This document shows, in pieces, positions 25,202 through 38,999 of a stretch of DNA of 64,000 nt. The notes below the pieces were generated by a model. That model searched no databases and had not been told where the DNA came from. It saw only the letters and a program-made list of their open reading frames with translations. Source of the DNA: Octopus sinensis (Eukaryota); assembly GCF_006345805.1 (NCBI RefSeq), contig NC_043007.1, positions 41,354,001 to 41,418,000 on the forward strand, read 5' to 3'. Every line of letters starts with the position of its first letter. Within the stretch, counting starts at the first letter, position 1. A program made the translations under genes and the position numbers.

Positions 25202-26222
25202 TTAACCCTTTTGTTACCATATTTCTGTTAAAATATACACAGCCTTTGTTTTAATTAATTTTGAAAATAATGTAGAACTTATTAACCATTTAGCATTTAA
25301 ACAGGCCATATCTGGCCCAAATGTTCAACCTGTATTATATCCCAACTGACCTGGTCTGATTTTTCACACCTATCTACAGTGACATTCTAAAAAGAAAAAA
25401 ATTGCATTATAAATGCAGGCATGGCTGTGTAGTAAGAAGCTTGCTTCTCAACCACATGGTTCTGAGTTCAGACCCATTGTGTGGTACCTTGGGAAAGTCT
25501 CTTCTACTGTTGCCTCGGGCTGACCAAAGCCTTGTGAGTGGATTTGGTAGACGGAAACTGAAAGAAGCCCTTTATATATATATTTCTGTGTTCATACCTC
25601 ACCACCGCTTGACAACCGGTGGTGGTGTGTTTACATCAGTTCGGCAAAAGAGGCTGATGGAATAAGTACTAGGTTTTAAAAAGTAAGTCCTGGAGTTGAT
25701 TTGTTTAACTAAAACCTTTCAAGGCAGTGCCCCAGCATGGCTGCAGTCAAATGACAAACAAATAAAAGAAAGATTATTATTGAAATCTCAAAGCTGCAAG
25801 ATACTGCATTATTAATTGAAAACAGTGTGAATAAATGAGTATTACATTTGACAGAGTAATGTTAAATATAAAGGGTTGATATAACTTTGTTGTTATTAAG
25901 CAGATGTTTGAAATATTAACATGAAATTTTGATGGAAGGTTTTTAATTTAGGTCTCTTTAACCCTTTCGTTACCAACCTGGCTGAAACCGGCTCTGTCTC
26001 TGTAGTACAAATGTCTTGTTTTCATAAGTTTTGAATTAAAATCTTCCACCAAACCTTAGTCACAATTTATGCTCGTAACACTAGCTGAATGTTAACTAAG
26101 TTATTTTACTAAATTCTTTTGTTATATTTAAAGTAATTGAAAGAAACACAGAGCATCTCAAAATAAATACAGTAACGAAAGGGTTAAAACAGAGAATTTG
26201 TATATCAGAACCAAGGGCAGTT
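25202..26222. mobile_element. Nest of TTAA-MITEs plus a SINE
   Basis: The outer MITE is interrupted at about 25282-25878 and 25958-26187 and resumes co-linearly with intact relatives at about 31 kb, 34.6 kb and 51.2 kb. Confidence 0.7.
25962..26183. mobile_element. piggyBac-type MITE, young
   Basis: Perfect TIR CCCTTTCGTTAC / GTAACGAAAGGG flanked by TTAA on both sides. Confidence 0.9.
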
Positions 26223-27032
26223 AATTCTATGTTCTGTACAGAGGCTAACCGTCTCTCATTCTCCCATACACTCTTGCAACCTCTACTCATCCTCATTTCT
26301 TGTTCTCCTGCTCTCTACTCACTTCTATCCACTCTCATATCTTGAGGGTCCACCTTGATATTTAGTTTGATTATTTTAATTGTAGATGCAGATATGGCTG
26401 TGTAATTAAGAAGCTTGCTTCATGACCATTTGGTTATGGTTTCGGTCCCACTCTGTAACACTTTGGGCAAGTCTATTTAGTTATGGCTCTGGTCCAATCA
26501 AATTCTTATGGATGAATTAGCTTTACAGAAACTGAAAGAAGTTTTTGGCCTGTGTGTTTTTGTGAGAGATAGAGAGAGAAAGTTAGAGACAGACAGACAG
26601 GGAGGGAGAATGTATGTGTGTGTGTTCTTATCTTTTTGTTTTGACATCATGTGCCAGTTGTAAATGAATGTTATCATCATACCAGTGATGTTGTTTATTT
26701 GCAATCTTCCATGAAAGTGTCTTGTCATTGTGCTGTTTGTGTCCAAAGGACAAGGAGAATATATTACCTTACTTGAGAACAGGTGAGTGTTTGTAACTGG
26801 AAGAGCATCCAGCTGTAGAAAATCTGTGTGAAAAGTGGATATTGAAACAATGATAAGGATGATGAATATTTGTAAATCTAAAAAAAAAGTGTGTTTTTGC
26901 TTTTCTTTTTATTTTCTGTCCTTTTTTTTTTGGTAAATTGTTAAAAAAAACTTTTTTGTTTCTTCTCCAGATTGCCTGTTGTTGTTCCCACAGCCAACCC
27001 AGTACATATTTGACTGGTGGTGGCCAGACCGA

Positions 27033-27644
27033 ATGAAATTCCTGATAATTTTATTGCTAATCCTCTCTGTGAAGTTACCATGTGCCAACGGGGAGCACCT
27101 GCTGTACAAGTTAAAAGGAACTGTTGGAGGCAAAAACCTCACATACCACCACATGAAATGGTCGGGGCGGATCCGAGTGTTGCTTGTCTCTCTGGCAGGG
27201 GATACTGACCTGTATGTTTCAGACAAAACAACCAAGCCAAACCCTGACAACTTTGAGCTCTACTCAGCCACTTGTGGTCAAGAATCAGTGGACATACCAG
27301 CACGATTCAAACGGCCAGTCAGCATCGGAGTATTTGGTTATCCTTTGATGGAAAAGTCTCACTATGAACTGACCTTTATTCATTTAACTGACAACGATGA
27401 GCCAGATGAATATGAGAGAATGGCTGCTAAGGAACGCTATGTTCCTCCTGAGTATGAACCAGAGGACTTCAACCCGAATCCTTCGCGGTCAGAAGATTCA
27501 CAGCCAAAAACTCAAAAAATCAGAGACACACAACATGACAATGATGGTTATGAAAGATGGGAAAAGGAGGAAGAAGATGTAGAGTCCTTCATCTGGGCTC
27601 TCTTTATTTATGTTCTCAAATTTATTTTCGATATTTTGTTATAA
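27033..27644 (+). CDS. C6orf120: UPF0669 protein C6orf120 homolog (203 aa; signal peptide, acidic linker, C-terminal hydrophobic helix)
   Basis: ORF MKFLIILLLILSV... carries motifs matching C6orf120 (GTVGGKNLTY, SLAGDTDLYVS, FELYSATCG, IPARFKRPVSIGVFGYP, ESFIWALFIYVLKFIFDILL*). Strong splice acceptor cttttttgtttcttctccag ends at 26970, so the exon starts at 26971. Confidence 0.93.
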   Translation: MKFLIILLLILSVKLPCANGEHLLYKLKGTVGGKNLTYHHMKWSGRIRVLLVSLAGDTDLYVSDKTTKPNPDNFELYSATCGQESVDIPARFKRPVSIGVFGYPLMEKSHYELTFIHLTDNDEPDEYERMAAKERYVPPEYEPEDFNPNPSRSEDSQPKTQKIRDTQHDNDGYERWEKEEEDVESFIWALFIYVLKFIFDILL

Positions 27645-29854
27645 CACCAACTGTGAGACAGGTAGCAAACAATGCAAGAAGTTGTGCAGATAAAAACAAG
27701 GAAAAAAATAAAGTAAAAGATATGCTACTGTAACAGCAAAATTTATTTGGTTCTATTGAAAAATAAATGGCAGAAGGGAAAAAGAACAACTATGAAGTGG
27801 GGGGTGGAAGCATGGAAAGAAAGAAAACAGAAAAATCTATTGAATTCACAATGTATTTATAGAGCTGGTTATTCAAAACATAATGGTGATGGAGGTATTT
27901 ATGCAGAAGTAGTTATGATGACAAAAATATGTGTGTTGGTCTTTCAATGCATGTGAGACATGGCTTTTGGAAATATCATGTGACAGTACTGTATTGTTTC
28001 AACAACAAACATAGTTTTTTTTTTCTTGGTTGTCTCTCTCACTGTCAGTGTTGATGGTCAGTCTAACATAAGACATGACAACATCTCACCTGTTAGTTTT
28101 GTCATTAGACAAGCAGAAGTATCTGTTATTTTGGCCAGTAGGTAGGCTTATGACATCATTGGTCAGTTTGGTCATCAAACAGAATGTCATTGCTTGCTTA
28201 AGCCATCAGATAACATTACTGTCCAGTACAACCATCAGACATGATGCTGTACTTCCAAAACTGTAGATATAAAAACAGATAATGTTTTAATTATATAACT
28301 GTAACCAGCAGGCATGGCTGTGCTTAAAAAATTTGCTTTGCAACCATGTACTTCTGGGTCTGTTCCCACTGCATGACACCTTGGACAAGTGCCTCCTACC
28401 ATGGTCTTGGGTTGACTAATAACCTCTTTGTGGAATTTGGTAGATGGAGACTGTGTGGAAGTCCTCCATTTGTGTGTGTGTATATGTATGTGTATATGTG
28501 TGAGTATGTTTATGCAAGTATATTTTATGCCAATGTGTATCAGTGAAAAAAAAATTTGAAATATTTGTTTTGCATTGAGTTACAAAATCTCCCTTGTTAC
28601 TTGTCAGCAGAAATACAATGAACCAAACATTTCGATCGTTGTTGTTCAGTAATACAATATAAAATAAAATAAAATAAGCTATTTTGTAGCTCCTACTGTT
28701 GGTCAGTGAATATAGCTTTTGGTTGGAGGGAATTGTCACAGGCCAAGAAACCGTCACTGCCAGCTGTTTTACACACACACACACACACTTGCACATATAT
28801 ACACACACATGTACATTTGCATAGACATATATGTTGTGAGTACTACATACAGACACAGATAAAATAAGTCTTAAATGATATACAGATACAGTTCCTACAC
28901 AGAAATACATTCATTTTTTACTTACTCATAGCAATAACTAATTATATGCTGTGTTGAAAGTTGTCTTTCATTTTTATCAAAAATAATATTACGCTTTTTA
29001 ACAACTTCTAATGATGGTATTATTGCATTTTCTTTCAGACCCCTTGTGAATCATGTCTTTTTTGTTTTTCTTCTTTTTCTTTGTTTCTTTTTTGTGGATG
29101 GGACACCCAGTGGACAAAATACCTTGTTCTGTTTCACAATATCTGAGCTCTGAGTTGATATCCTGCTTGGGCCAACTTTACCTTTCAGTATTCCATGGTC
29201 AATGAAAATAAGTACCAGTCAAGTACTGAAGCTGATATAACTGACAACACCCTTCAAGGTGATGCCCAAGCATGGCCACCACAGCTTAATGACTAAAACC
29301 AATGAAATAATAAAAGAATATATTTTTAAAGGTCATAGCTGAGATTGTCCTAGCTGATAGTTTTATTGTTTGTAACCTGACACCAGTGTTGAACTACATA
29401 ACTTGGCACTTATGGTTTTGTGTATTTGGCTCTAAAAGAAATACTTTGGTTACAGGATTGAATAAATACTGTAGTATAACTACAGCTTTAATAGATACTG
29501 CAGTGTGGTTACAGCTTTGAATAGATAACTGTAGTGTGATTACATTGTAAACAACAAGAACAATGAATGATTGACAAATGTTTCAAGCTCTTGCAGTGCT
29601 CACTCCAAGTTATTTGTCTTCATTTTCCTTTGCATCTAATAACCAAGAAACATAGTATTCATTCAGAGGTGGAAATCTGCTTTGCACACCCCTTATAACT
29701 CTTTGTAACATTTTTCCATTGAAATTCTTAGAAAATTTATGCATATTTATGTTCTACATGCAGGAATTCATATGATTATGGAAAAAAAATTTTTTTTTTA
29801 TCAGAGTTTCAGATAAGGACAGTCTGGACTTTTTGTTTAAATTCTAGCAATAGA

Positions 29855-30175
29855 CCAGGCACTTGTGCTGGTGGCACATGAAAAAACATTCGAGCAGGGT
29901 CGTTGCCAGTGCCGCTGGACTGGCTCCTGTGCAGGTGGCACATAAAAAGCACCATTTGAGTGTGGCCATTGCTAGTACCACCTGACTGGCCTTCATGCCG
30001 GTGACACATAAAAGCACCCACTACACTCTCGGAGTGGTTGGCATTAGGAAGGGCATCCAGCTGTAGAAACTCTGCCAGATCAGATTGGAGCCTGGTGCAG
30101 CCATCTGGTACACCAGACCTCAGTCAAATCGTCCAACCCATGCTAGCATGGAAAGCAGATGTTAAACGGTGATGA
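29855..30175 (+). mobile_element. RTE-tail SINE-like element; other copies at about 24550-24760 (-), 31170-31305 (+), 34078-34415 (-), 59600-60110 (+), 61270-61490 (+), 61650-61870 (-)
   Basis: Shares the 3' end gagtggttggcattaggaagggcatccagctgtagaaac...ccatgctagcatggaaag...gttaaa(tga)n with the RTE LINE at 55.6-55.76 kb. Confidence 0.85.
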
Positions 30176-32859
30176 ATAACAGGGGAGAAAGATATTGAAA
30201 AACATCAATATGTCAGAGTGACAAAGAAATGAGAAAGGTATCAGGTGGTCCTGAGATGTGCCTAAAAATAAGAGCTAAATAACCCTTAAATCACACTTTT
30301 TTGCATTATATAAATTCTCATGTGTAGAACACAAATTCACCAAGATTTTCTGAAAATTACAAAAAATAAAAATGTTATGAGGGGTTATAAGGGTTAATTA
30401 AACCAGAATTCCGCCCATTCAGATATCCAGAGATCTTTATATCATTTGGATCATCTGAAGTTCAGGCTTCCAATACCTTCCTTTAAGTTAAGGCAATAGC
30501 ATACAGCAGCAACAATACTGTTCATAATTATTTTTCTTTGCTTCTTGTGTTTGTGTAAAAGAATTTTTACTCCCACATTATATCTTTCCACTATGAACAC
30601 TTTCAACTTTCTCCTTTTTTTTTATTTTTGCATGCATCCCTGAATTCTGAAATATTGTCTGTGTGTGTGAACTAGTGGCCATTGTTCTACACTGCCTAAT
30701 TCTTAAACCTCGACACCTGGTTTAACACTATTATTTAACCCTGCATACTTTTAGCAGTGCCGATTCTATTGCTGGTCTTTTGGTTTCAGGACAACTCTTT
30801 ATGATTTATATTACTTTCTTTATTATCACCATACTCAGTGCCCATGAAATAAAATCCTGGCACCTATTCTTCTTCCCAACCTTTTTGTTACCACATTTCT
30901 GGTAACAAAACTGACTGTTTCAATTAATTTTTGTCATGAAGCTGGGGTATGGAACATAAATTAAAAGGAAATGTTGATGTAAAGTTTTAATTTAGATCAA
31001 TTTATTATTCTGTTATCATATTTCTGATGAAACTTTGTTTCAATTAATTTTGAAAATAATCAAGAATTTATTAAAATCTCTTTGTCAGTATAAGCTGGTG
31101 TTTGGAACATAAATTAACATGAAATTTTGGTGGTAGGTTTTAATTTAGATTATTTTAAAATGAAGTTTCAAAGTGGTTGGCATTAAGAAGATCATCCAGC
31201 TATGGAAACCATGTCAAATCAGACTGGAGTCTGGTGCAGCCCTCAGCTTACCAGCCCTAATCAAACTGTCCAACCCATGGACACAGATGTTAAATGATGA
31301 TAATGAAATTTTGTTTCATAAAACCAGGGTCATTTCCAGGTGAGTTTATATCAAAAGAGTTAATAAACTATAAAAAAAGAAGTTGAAATATGATCTATGT
31401 GATGGAATGGAGACTCCTCTCTCTAAGTTCCTTTCCTCTTCCTGTTGTATAATTTACATTACTCAATCTATATAAATGATCCCTAGGTCTTAGATACAAA
31501 AGCCTAGCAGATGTCAAGATGATGAGACAGTTGTGAGGTTCCACAAAGATTTCATTGGAATGCGTAGCTCTTAAGTCTACATATGGTGCTGTGAATTTTT
31601 GAAAGGTGCTCAGGCAAAATGTCTAAAGTCAAAACAGTGTCATTGAGATGAAATGAAGAAAATGTATATTTTTTCAAAAAAATCTTTGAATTTTATTAGA
31701 ATTTAGAGATTCTACAATTGTAAGTACACATGGGAATATATATGTGTGTGTGTATCTGTCTATTTCTCTCTCTCTGCTTGCTTATCTCTCATCATTGTCA
31801 TTTAATGTCCATGTTCCATGCTGATAATGGTTGGACAGTTCGACAGGATCTGATGAGCCCAAGCACTACATTGTGCTCCAGTGTTTGCTTTGGCACGTTG
31901 TCTACAGTTTTATGCCCTTCCTAACACCAACCAATTTGTAATATGTACATGGTGGTTTCTTCATGCCACTAGCACAAGTGAGATCAGCATGCAGCTTGCA
32001 AGACCACAACTCTCCATGGGATGGTCAGCTTAATGCTGGTAGGGGGTGGATGAGGGGTTAAGGGAAGAGAGAAAGGAAGGTGCGCAACTGGTTTTTGTGT
32101 AGAAAAACTATATAGCTACTCGCATTTAGGTGAGAATGATTGATAAAGAGTTGCAGTGTGATAGTGGTGAGGAGGTGTCCAGGTGGCTCTTCAAGTTATG
32201 AGCTTAGTAGAAGTTAATGAGGACAGAAGTACTTGGAGCATGGGTGGGTGGGATTTCAAGAGTGTATGGGAGACGAGGCAGGCAACAATTAAGGATTAGG
32301 ATAGGATATAGGAAGGGGTGGGAGATAGTGTTAGGAAAGATAAAGGGATGCAGAAAAGGATTACAGGAAAGTTTACCAAGAAAAATGTGTCTCACCATTA
32401 ATAGTTAAATACTATTTTATTGAGAAAAAAATGCTGAACTTTTTCTGCAATGAATTGATGGTGGATGAGAGCAGCAAGATTGTAACAATAACACAGTTGT
32501 CAGAGAGGAGGATGAAAGAGAGATAATATTGGCTGGGGTAGCTGCAGGAATAGGTGGTGAGAAAGAGATGCGGGTATAGTGTATAATGAGAGAGAATTAG
32601 GTTTCAGTGAGGAAGAATGAATCAATGTAATGTAGGTGGAGAGAATATTTGTGGCTAACTAGTGAAATGGTTTTAGGTATTAAAGGAAAGCTGAAGTAAT
32701 GATGACGGGTGTCTTGAGGAGTAGTTCGAGCAAGGGATTTACAATGAGTTTGTGCATATATACATACAGTTCTTCCAGAGGTCAATTTTGTCAAGGTAGG
32801 TGAGTCTTCTTGGGAACCATCTATCGTCAGTCATTCCAGCCCTTTGTCATCACCTTTGT

Positions 32860-33050
32860 GAGATTCAAGGTCTTGAGGTCATCTATCACCACCTTGTCTC
32901 GTGACTTCCTGGGTCTCCTTCCATTAGATCCAGCCACATTGATTGGCACTTGTTTATAAAAGCTGACTTCACCCATATGTGTCATATGTCCATACAAATG
33001 CGGTCTTTTTTTTTTTGCATACTACATCGGACTCCTCTTATGCTGAGTAT
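32860..33050 (-). mobile_element. Degenerate RTE LINE C-terminal fragment
   Basis: Minus-strand similarity to RLRWYGHV...GRPRKTW.EVV..DL of the 52 kb copy. Confidence 0.55.
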
Positions 33051-33421
33051 GTTATATTATTCACACTCATAGTGTGTGTATACATTGATAGATATCTGCC
33101 TGTATACGTAGATGTATATAGAAATATCTATGTCTATGATGATTTCAAATTTTGACACAAGGCCAGCAATTTTGGGGAATGGGGCAAGTCGATTACATCA
33201 ACCCTAAAAGGATGAAAAGCAAAATCGACCTCAGTGGATTTTGAACGCAGGACATAAGACAGACTAAATGCCGCTAAGCATTTTGCCTGATGAGCTAAAT
33301 GATTCTGCCAGCTCATCACCTTATCATCTATGTATATAATACAAGTTTGTAATGTACATTGCATACATCTTGTGACACACAAATACTGGGTGCTTGTCAA
33401 AAGTGATACAGCAGTGTTGAT

Positions 33422-33620
33422 AAGTATAAAGATCTAGAAATTGAAATAAGTAGGATGTGGCACCTGAAGACAGAAACAATACCAGTTGTGATTGGATCAC
33501 AAGGGGTCATAAAAGAAACAGTCAGTGGTTACTTTGGAAAAATCCTGGGCAAACCTAACGAATTCAAAAACTCATATTAAACGATATGGTTCACACTCAA
33601 TATAAGTTCGTGTCCTTGTA
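33422..33620 (+). mobile_element. R4/Dong-like (restriction-like endonuclease) non-LTR retrotransposon C-terminal fragment
   Basis: Translates KYKDLEIEISRMWHLKTETIPVVIGSQGVI, matching the KY.DL..E...W...P.VIG.LG motif of RLE-bearing elements. Confidence 0.7.
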
Positions 33621-35370
33621 ATCTATATTCTCAAAACCTTTGTGTTTCTATTTTATTTTTTGTAGGGGAGGTATGTGTTCAACAAGACCAGCCTGCCCTA
33701 GGTAACTGGTTGCCACTCAGCAATTATGTTATCTTGTCAATATCAAAGGGAAAAAAATAGGAATAACCTGATGCATCTCAGTTAGTTTCCATGATAAGCT
33801 TTCCAGTTGTTCAATTAACTGAACTAATCTAGTCATTAAATTAACATGTATGCGGCTGAGTATTCCACTAACAGAAGTAGCCTTAATGTTATTTTCAGGC
33901 TTAATCAGAATGTGGATGCATAGTAAGAAGCATGCTTCCCAACCACATTGTTTTGGGTTCAGTCCCATTGCGTGGTATCTTGGGCAAGTGTCTTCTATTA
34001 TAGCCTCGGGCTAACTAAAGCATTGTAAGTGGATTTGGGAGACAAAACCAAATTAAGCCCATCATATATATATATATCATCATCATCATTTAATGTACAT
34101 TTTCCAGGCTGGCATGAGTTGGACAGTTTGACCAAGGATGGCAAGCCAGCAGGCCACACCAGGCTCCAATCTGATCTGGCAAGGTTTCTACAGTTGGACG
34201 CCCTTCCTAATGCCAACCACTCCAAAAGTGTAGTGGGTGCTTTTTACATGCCACTGGCATTGACCACATTTGGATGGTGTTTTTTACGTGCCACCAGCAT
34301 GAGAGCACTGGCATCGACCATGTTCGGATGGTATTTTTTATGTGCTGCCAGTCAGGTGGCACTGGCATTGACCCACACTTGAATGGTGCTTATTACATGC
34401 CACCAACACAGGTGGTGTCTGTAGTTTGTCTCCTCCCCCACCCCCACCATTGCTTGACAATTGGTGTTTGTTTGTGTCCCCGTAACTAACTTGGCAGTTC
34501 AGCAAAAGAAGCCAATAGTATAAGTACCACATCTTAAAAAAAAAGTCCTGGAGTTTTGATGTAAAGTTTTAATTTAGATCACTTTATCCTTTTGTTGTCA
34601 TATTTCTGATGAAATTCTGTTTCAATTAATTTTGAAAATAATCAAGAATTTATTTGGTTTGCAAGATTCTTTGCGAATTTGTGTGTTGAAGCATATCAGC
34701 ATAAGCTGGTGTTTGGTACATAAATTAACATGAAATTTTGGAGATGGGTTTTAATTTAGATTATTTTAAAATAAAAATTTTGTTTCATAAAACCCGAATC
34801 ATTTTCAGGTGAGTTGATATCAAAATGGCTTATAAGCTATAAAAAAAGAAGTTGAAATATGAAGTGGCTTTAATTTAATTTTCAGGCTTAATCAGCATGA
34901 TGCAATACGTCCAGGCTTGACCTTTGATTTATAGGTTTACAAATGCAATCAAGCAAACAGACTACAGTTTTAGCATCATCATCATTGTTTTAATGTCCAC
35001 TGTTCCATGCTTGCCTGGATCACAAGGTATTCATTGAGATGGATTTCCTACAACTGGATGCCCTTGTCACCAAAACTTCATATGTTTTCAAGCAAAGTAG
35101 TATTTCCCCATGACCAGATGTTTCCATGGAAGATTGGAAATAAAGGACACCACTTATATGACAGTAACTAGTTTACATTTATGATGTGATATCAAGACAA
35201 GCAGACACAAACTCATGCATACGCATACACATATACATATACACACATATATACATACATATATATATATATATACTATCAATAGTTCATATATCTGGAA
35301 AAGAAGCATATTAGAACAGTAATATATTTATAAGGTTGTTTGTCATGATCACTCTGACCAGCCGTCTACA

Positions 35371-35880
35371 TACCATAAATCCTCAAGTATAATCCGCATT
35401 CGTTTCCCAAAATCACTAGTGCATACTATATACAAGGTTAAAAATGAAAAATATTTTCTAAGCAATGTCCGAGTCTCTATTTGCTGTCCGGCAATGTTTA
35501 TTGAGATGCATTTTGTGATGTCGGGTGCAAAAATACCTTAAGCTAAGCCTGAAAGCAATGAAGTCATAAAAGAATCATCCATAACTTGCAGTAAGCAACA
35601 TTTATTAAAATAAAAGTATTCAGAACACAGAATAACATGTAACAAAAACAATTTGCAAACATTTACATTCCCATATAACAGTTAAGAACATCACCATTAT
35701 TGTATTACACATGCGTGCAAGTATTTGTTCAACTAGGTGCTGCTGGCTTAATTACAGACGACTCAAGTTAGAGAGTGGGTGCGTATTATACACAAGGTTT
35801 AGGTTTTTCAGAAGTACAGCCCCCTAAAAATTCCCTGCATATTATACTCAAGGGTGGACTATACTCGAGGATTTACAGTA
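35371..35880. mobile_element. Tc1/mariner-type MITE
   Basis: Imperfect TIRs taccataaatcctcaagtata ... tatactcgaggatttacagta with TA ends. Confidence 0.75.
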
Positions 35881-38007
35881 AATATATATATACACAATTT
35901 CAGTTTGCTAAATCCACTTCCAAGGCTTTTGTCAATCTAGACCTATAGTTTGCTGGCCTTGTGCCAAAATTTGAAACCAATGTTTTGGTAAATTTGAATG
36001 TGAAAATCTGATTGCTCTTATTACATTTATTGATCCAGTGGGATAGCTTTGACTGAGGAGACACTCAATAAGGTCAAAACATCATAGTGTCTCCTTACAT
36101 CAGTAAATCGTGTATTATGAACACACATCATCTAAAGTAGAGGTTCTCAACTATTCTCTATCTATGAACCCCTTTGATTACTATTTTATTCTGGTGGACC
36201 CCCATAGCTATTCAATGTTTAAAAACTAGTTTTATAGAAACCTCTTTCAAGATTTTGTTTTCCACACATTAACTTGTATAGGTTGAACTATGTAAAATGT
36301 TTCTTGCAATACATAGCAATATATACATTTAAAGCAGCATTTTTGTGAATCCCCAATTTACTATTCAAAATTTTATATAGACCCTGGAAGTTTTCTCTAA
36401 TAACAGTGATCAGATCATTACATTTGAATTTTCCAGAATGTATACCATTACTGTTTGGAATCTTGTTTTTCTGTGTGCAACCTATGAGTTATTAAGCAGT
36501 TTAGCAAACATTATAGTGCATTAATGAATAATTGTTTGCTGATTTCTTGAAACAAGAGCTTATATTGTTAGATTCACCAGTCCAGCAGAGAAGCTTTGAC
36601 TGAGGTGGCAGACAATAAATTCAAATCACCAGCAAGTCTTGAAGTCCCCATACACTAACTAGTGAATTGTGTGTTATGAACATGTCATCTCAAGAGAGAA
36701 GGCATTCTCTAATGACAAACAAGCATTGATCAAATATTCATGTTCAAATCTGCTAGAACATATTAAGTATGAGCACAAACATTGTTAGGATTCTAATTGT
36801 TGTGCATGCACCATTTGAATTACTAAGGATTATTAAAAGAACTTCAGTTGCTAAATCCTAGAAACACAACCTTTGATTACTGTTCTTCTCAAGCAGGGCT
36901 GATCTAAGTATAAACAATAGTAAGAGATCTATAACTTTTGAGAAAAAAATAATAATGTAGAGATGCAGGCATGGATGTGTGGTAAGAAGTCTGTATTAGT
37001 GTAAGGCACAAAATAAAGGTTGCTCTTACTTCAGGTTGCAATCAGCAATAATCCCTCCAAGCATTGGATAACAGGAAACCAAGACTTCACAGTTGTATCC
37101 ACATGTAAGCTCTCTCTAACCACTGGCCAGAAAGGACTACTACTATATGAGGGTTCCCAACACACATCTTGCCCTCGCCACAGACCCCATAAGAAAGAGG
37201 TCATTTTGACCCTGCCACTTCTTGACAACATCATTTCCTCCCACATCCGTCTCTTCATGACATTACTTGCTCTCTCTTCTGGTCTCTTATTTTTCTTCCA
37301 CAGTCTGCTTCCTAGACACATGGTTTCTGATTCAGTCCAACTGTGTGGCATCTTGGGCAAGAAGTCTTCTACTATAGCCTCAGATCAAGCAAAGTCTTGT
37401 GAGTGGATGTGGTAGATAGAAACTAAAAGAAGCCCATCAAATATGACTTTCTTATCAGCATCATCATCATCACAACTGTTGCCACTACCATCACCATTAT
37501 TATCATCATCATCATCATCCTCATTATCATTGTCATCAGTATTGTCAGCATCATCATCATCATCATCACCCACCACCATCACCACTGCTGCTCCCTCTAC
37601 TGTCATCACCATGAATGCCTTTCCTTTCCTTCCTCCTCTTCTCTACATCATCATCTCCTTCATCACCACACCTCCCATCCCTTTCTCACCATTACTCTCT
37701 TCCTCATTTTCTTCATCATCATCCTTATTCAGTCTCGGAAATGGCAGTAACAGTGGGGCACCAGACTAAATTTCTTGCAGTATTTAGTTTCATCTTTCAT
37801 TCTAAGTTCAAATATTGCTGAGGTCGATTTTGACTTTGATCCCAATAAGAAATAATAAAATAAATATGAACTGGGTTAATTTAATCAATTCTATTCACCC
37901 TTCTCCCTTCACAACAAATTTATGGTCCTGTTCCAACATAAGTAATCATTATCGTTATTATTATTGAAATAATTTTTATTATTACTCTTATTATTTTTAT
38001 CATTATT

Positions 38008-38818
38008 AAGGCTGCAAGCTGATAGAATTGTTAGCATGCCAAGGAAAATGCTTAGCGGTATTTTATCTGTCTTCATGTTCTGAGTCTAAATTCCACTCAA
38101 GTCGACTTTGCCGTTTGTCCTTTCAGGGTTGATGAAATAAGTACCAGTGGAACATTGGAATTGATATAACCAAATAGTCCCCTTCTCCAAATTTCAGGCC
38201 TTATGCCTTTAACAGAAAAGATGATTATTATTATATTATTATTATTATTATTCTTAAGGTGGCAAGCTGGCAGAATTGTTAGTGCACTGGACAAAATGCT
38301 TAGTGGCATTTCATCCATCTTTACGTTCTGGGTTCAAATTCCGCTGAGGTCAACTTTGCCTTTCATCCTTTTGGGGGTCTATATAATCGACTAATCCCCT
38401 TCCCCAAAATTTCAAGCCTTATGCCTTTAGTAGAAAGGATTATTATTATTATTATTCTGTCATGGTCAACTTTGCCTTTCATTCTATCGAGATCGATAAA
38501 TTAAGTACCAGTGAAATGCTGGGGTCAATGTAATTGATTTGTCCCCTCCTACCAAATTTCAGGCCTTGTGCCTTTAGTAGAAAGGATTGTTATTATTATT
38601 ATTATTAGCACATTATTATTATTATTAGAATTGTTAGCACACCAGACAAAATACTTAGTGGTATTTCATCTGCCAATACATTCTGAGTTCAAATTCCGCT
38701 GAGGTCGACTTTGTCTTTCGGGGTCAATAAATTAAGTACCAGTGAATCACTGGGGTCAATGTAATCGACTGGTCCCCTCCCCACAAAAATTTCAGGCTTT
38801 GTGCCGTTAGTAGAAAGA

Positions 38819-38820
<2 letters not shown>
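38008..38820 (+). mobile_element. Tandem cluster of four family-B SINEs separated by (ATT)n tails; further copies at about 33140-33325 (-) and 57834-58310 (+)
   Basis: Same head and core as the 2155-3710 copies but CpG-decayed; each copy follows the previous (ATT)n tail. Confidence 0.85.
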
Positions 38821-38849
<29 letters not shown>

Positions 38850-38999
38850 ATTATTATTATTAGCCTAATTACATTTATTTTAAGGAGAATAAATTGAGCA
38901 TTCATTAAAATTCTTGCTCTTATTGTTTTATTCAATTTTATTTTTACTAAAGTTTTACTTCTTTAAATATTTTTTAACAAAAAAGATCTCTCTAATTGC

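Noticed and set aside
26979-27032. TTG start given by the ORF track for the C6orf120 ORF
   Set aside because: Eukaryotic gene: this segment lies just after a splice acceptor. The first ATG in the exon is 27033, so the segment is UTR or part of the spliced extension.
29448-29545. Three copies of a ~31-bp repeat; also an 11-bp repeat at 49026-49068
   Set aside because: Ordinary degenerate minisatellites with no further structure.
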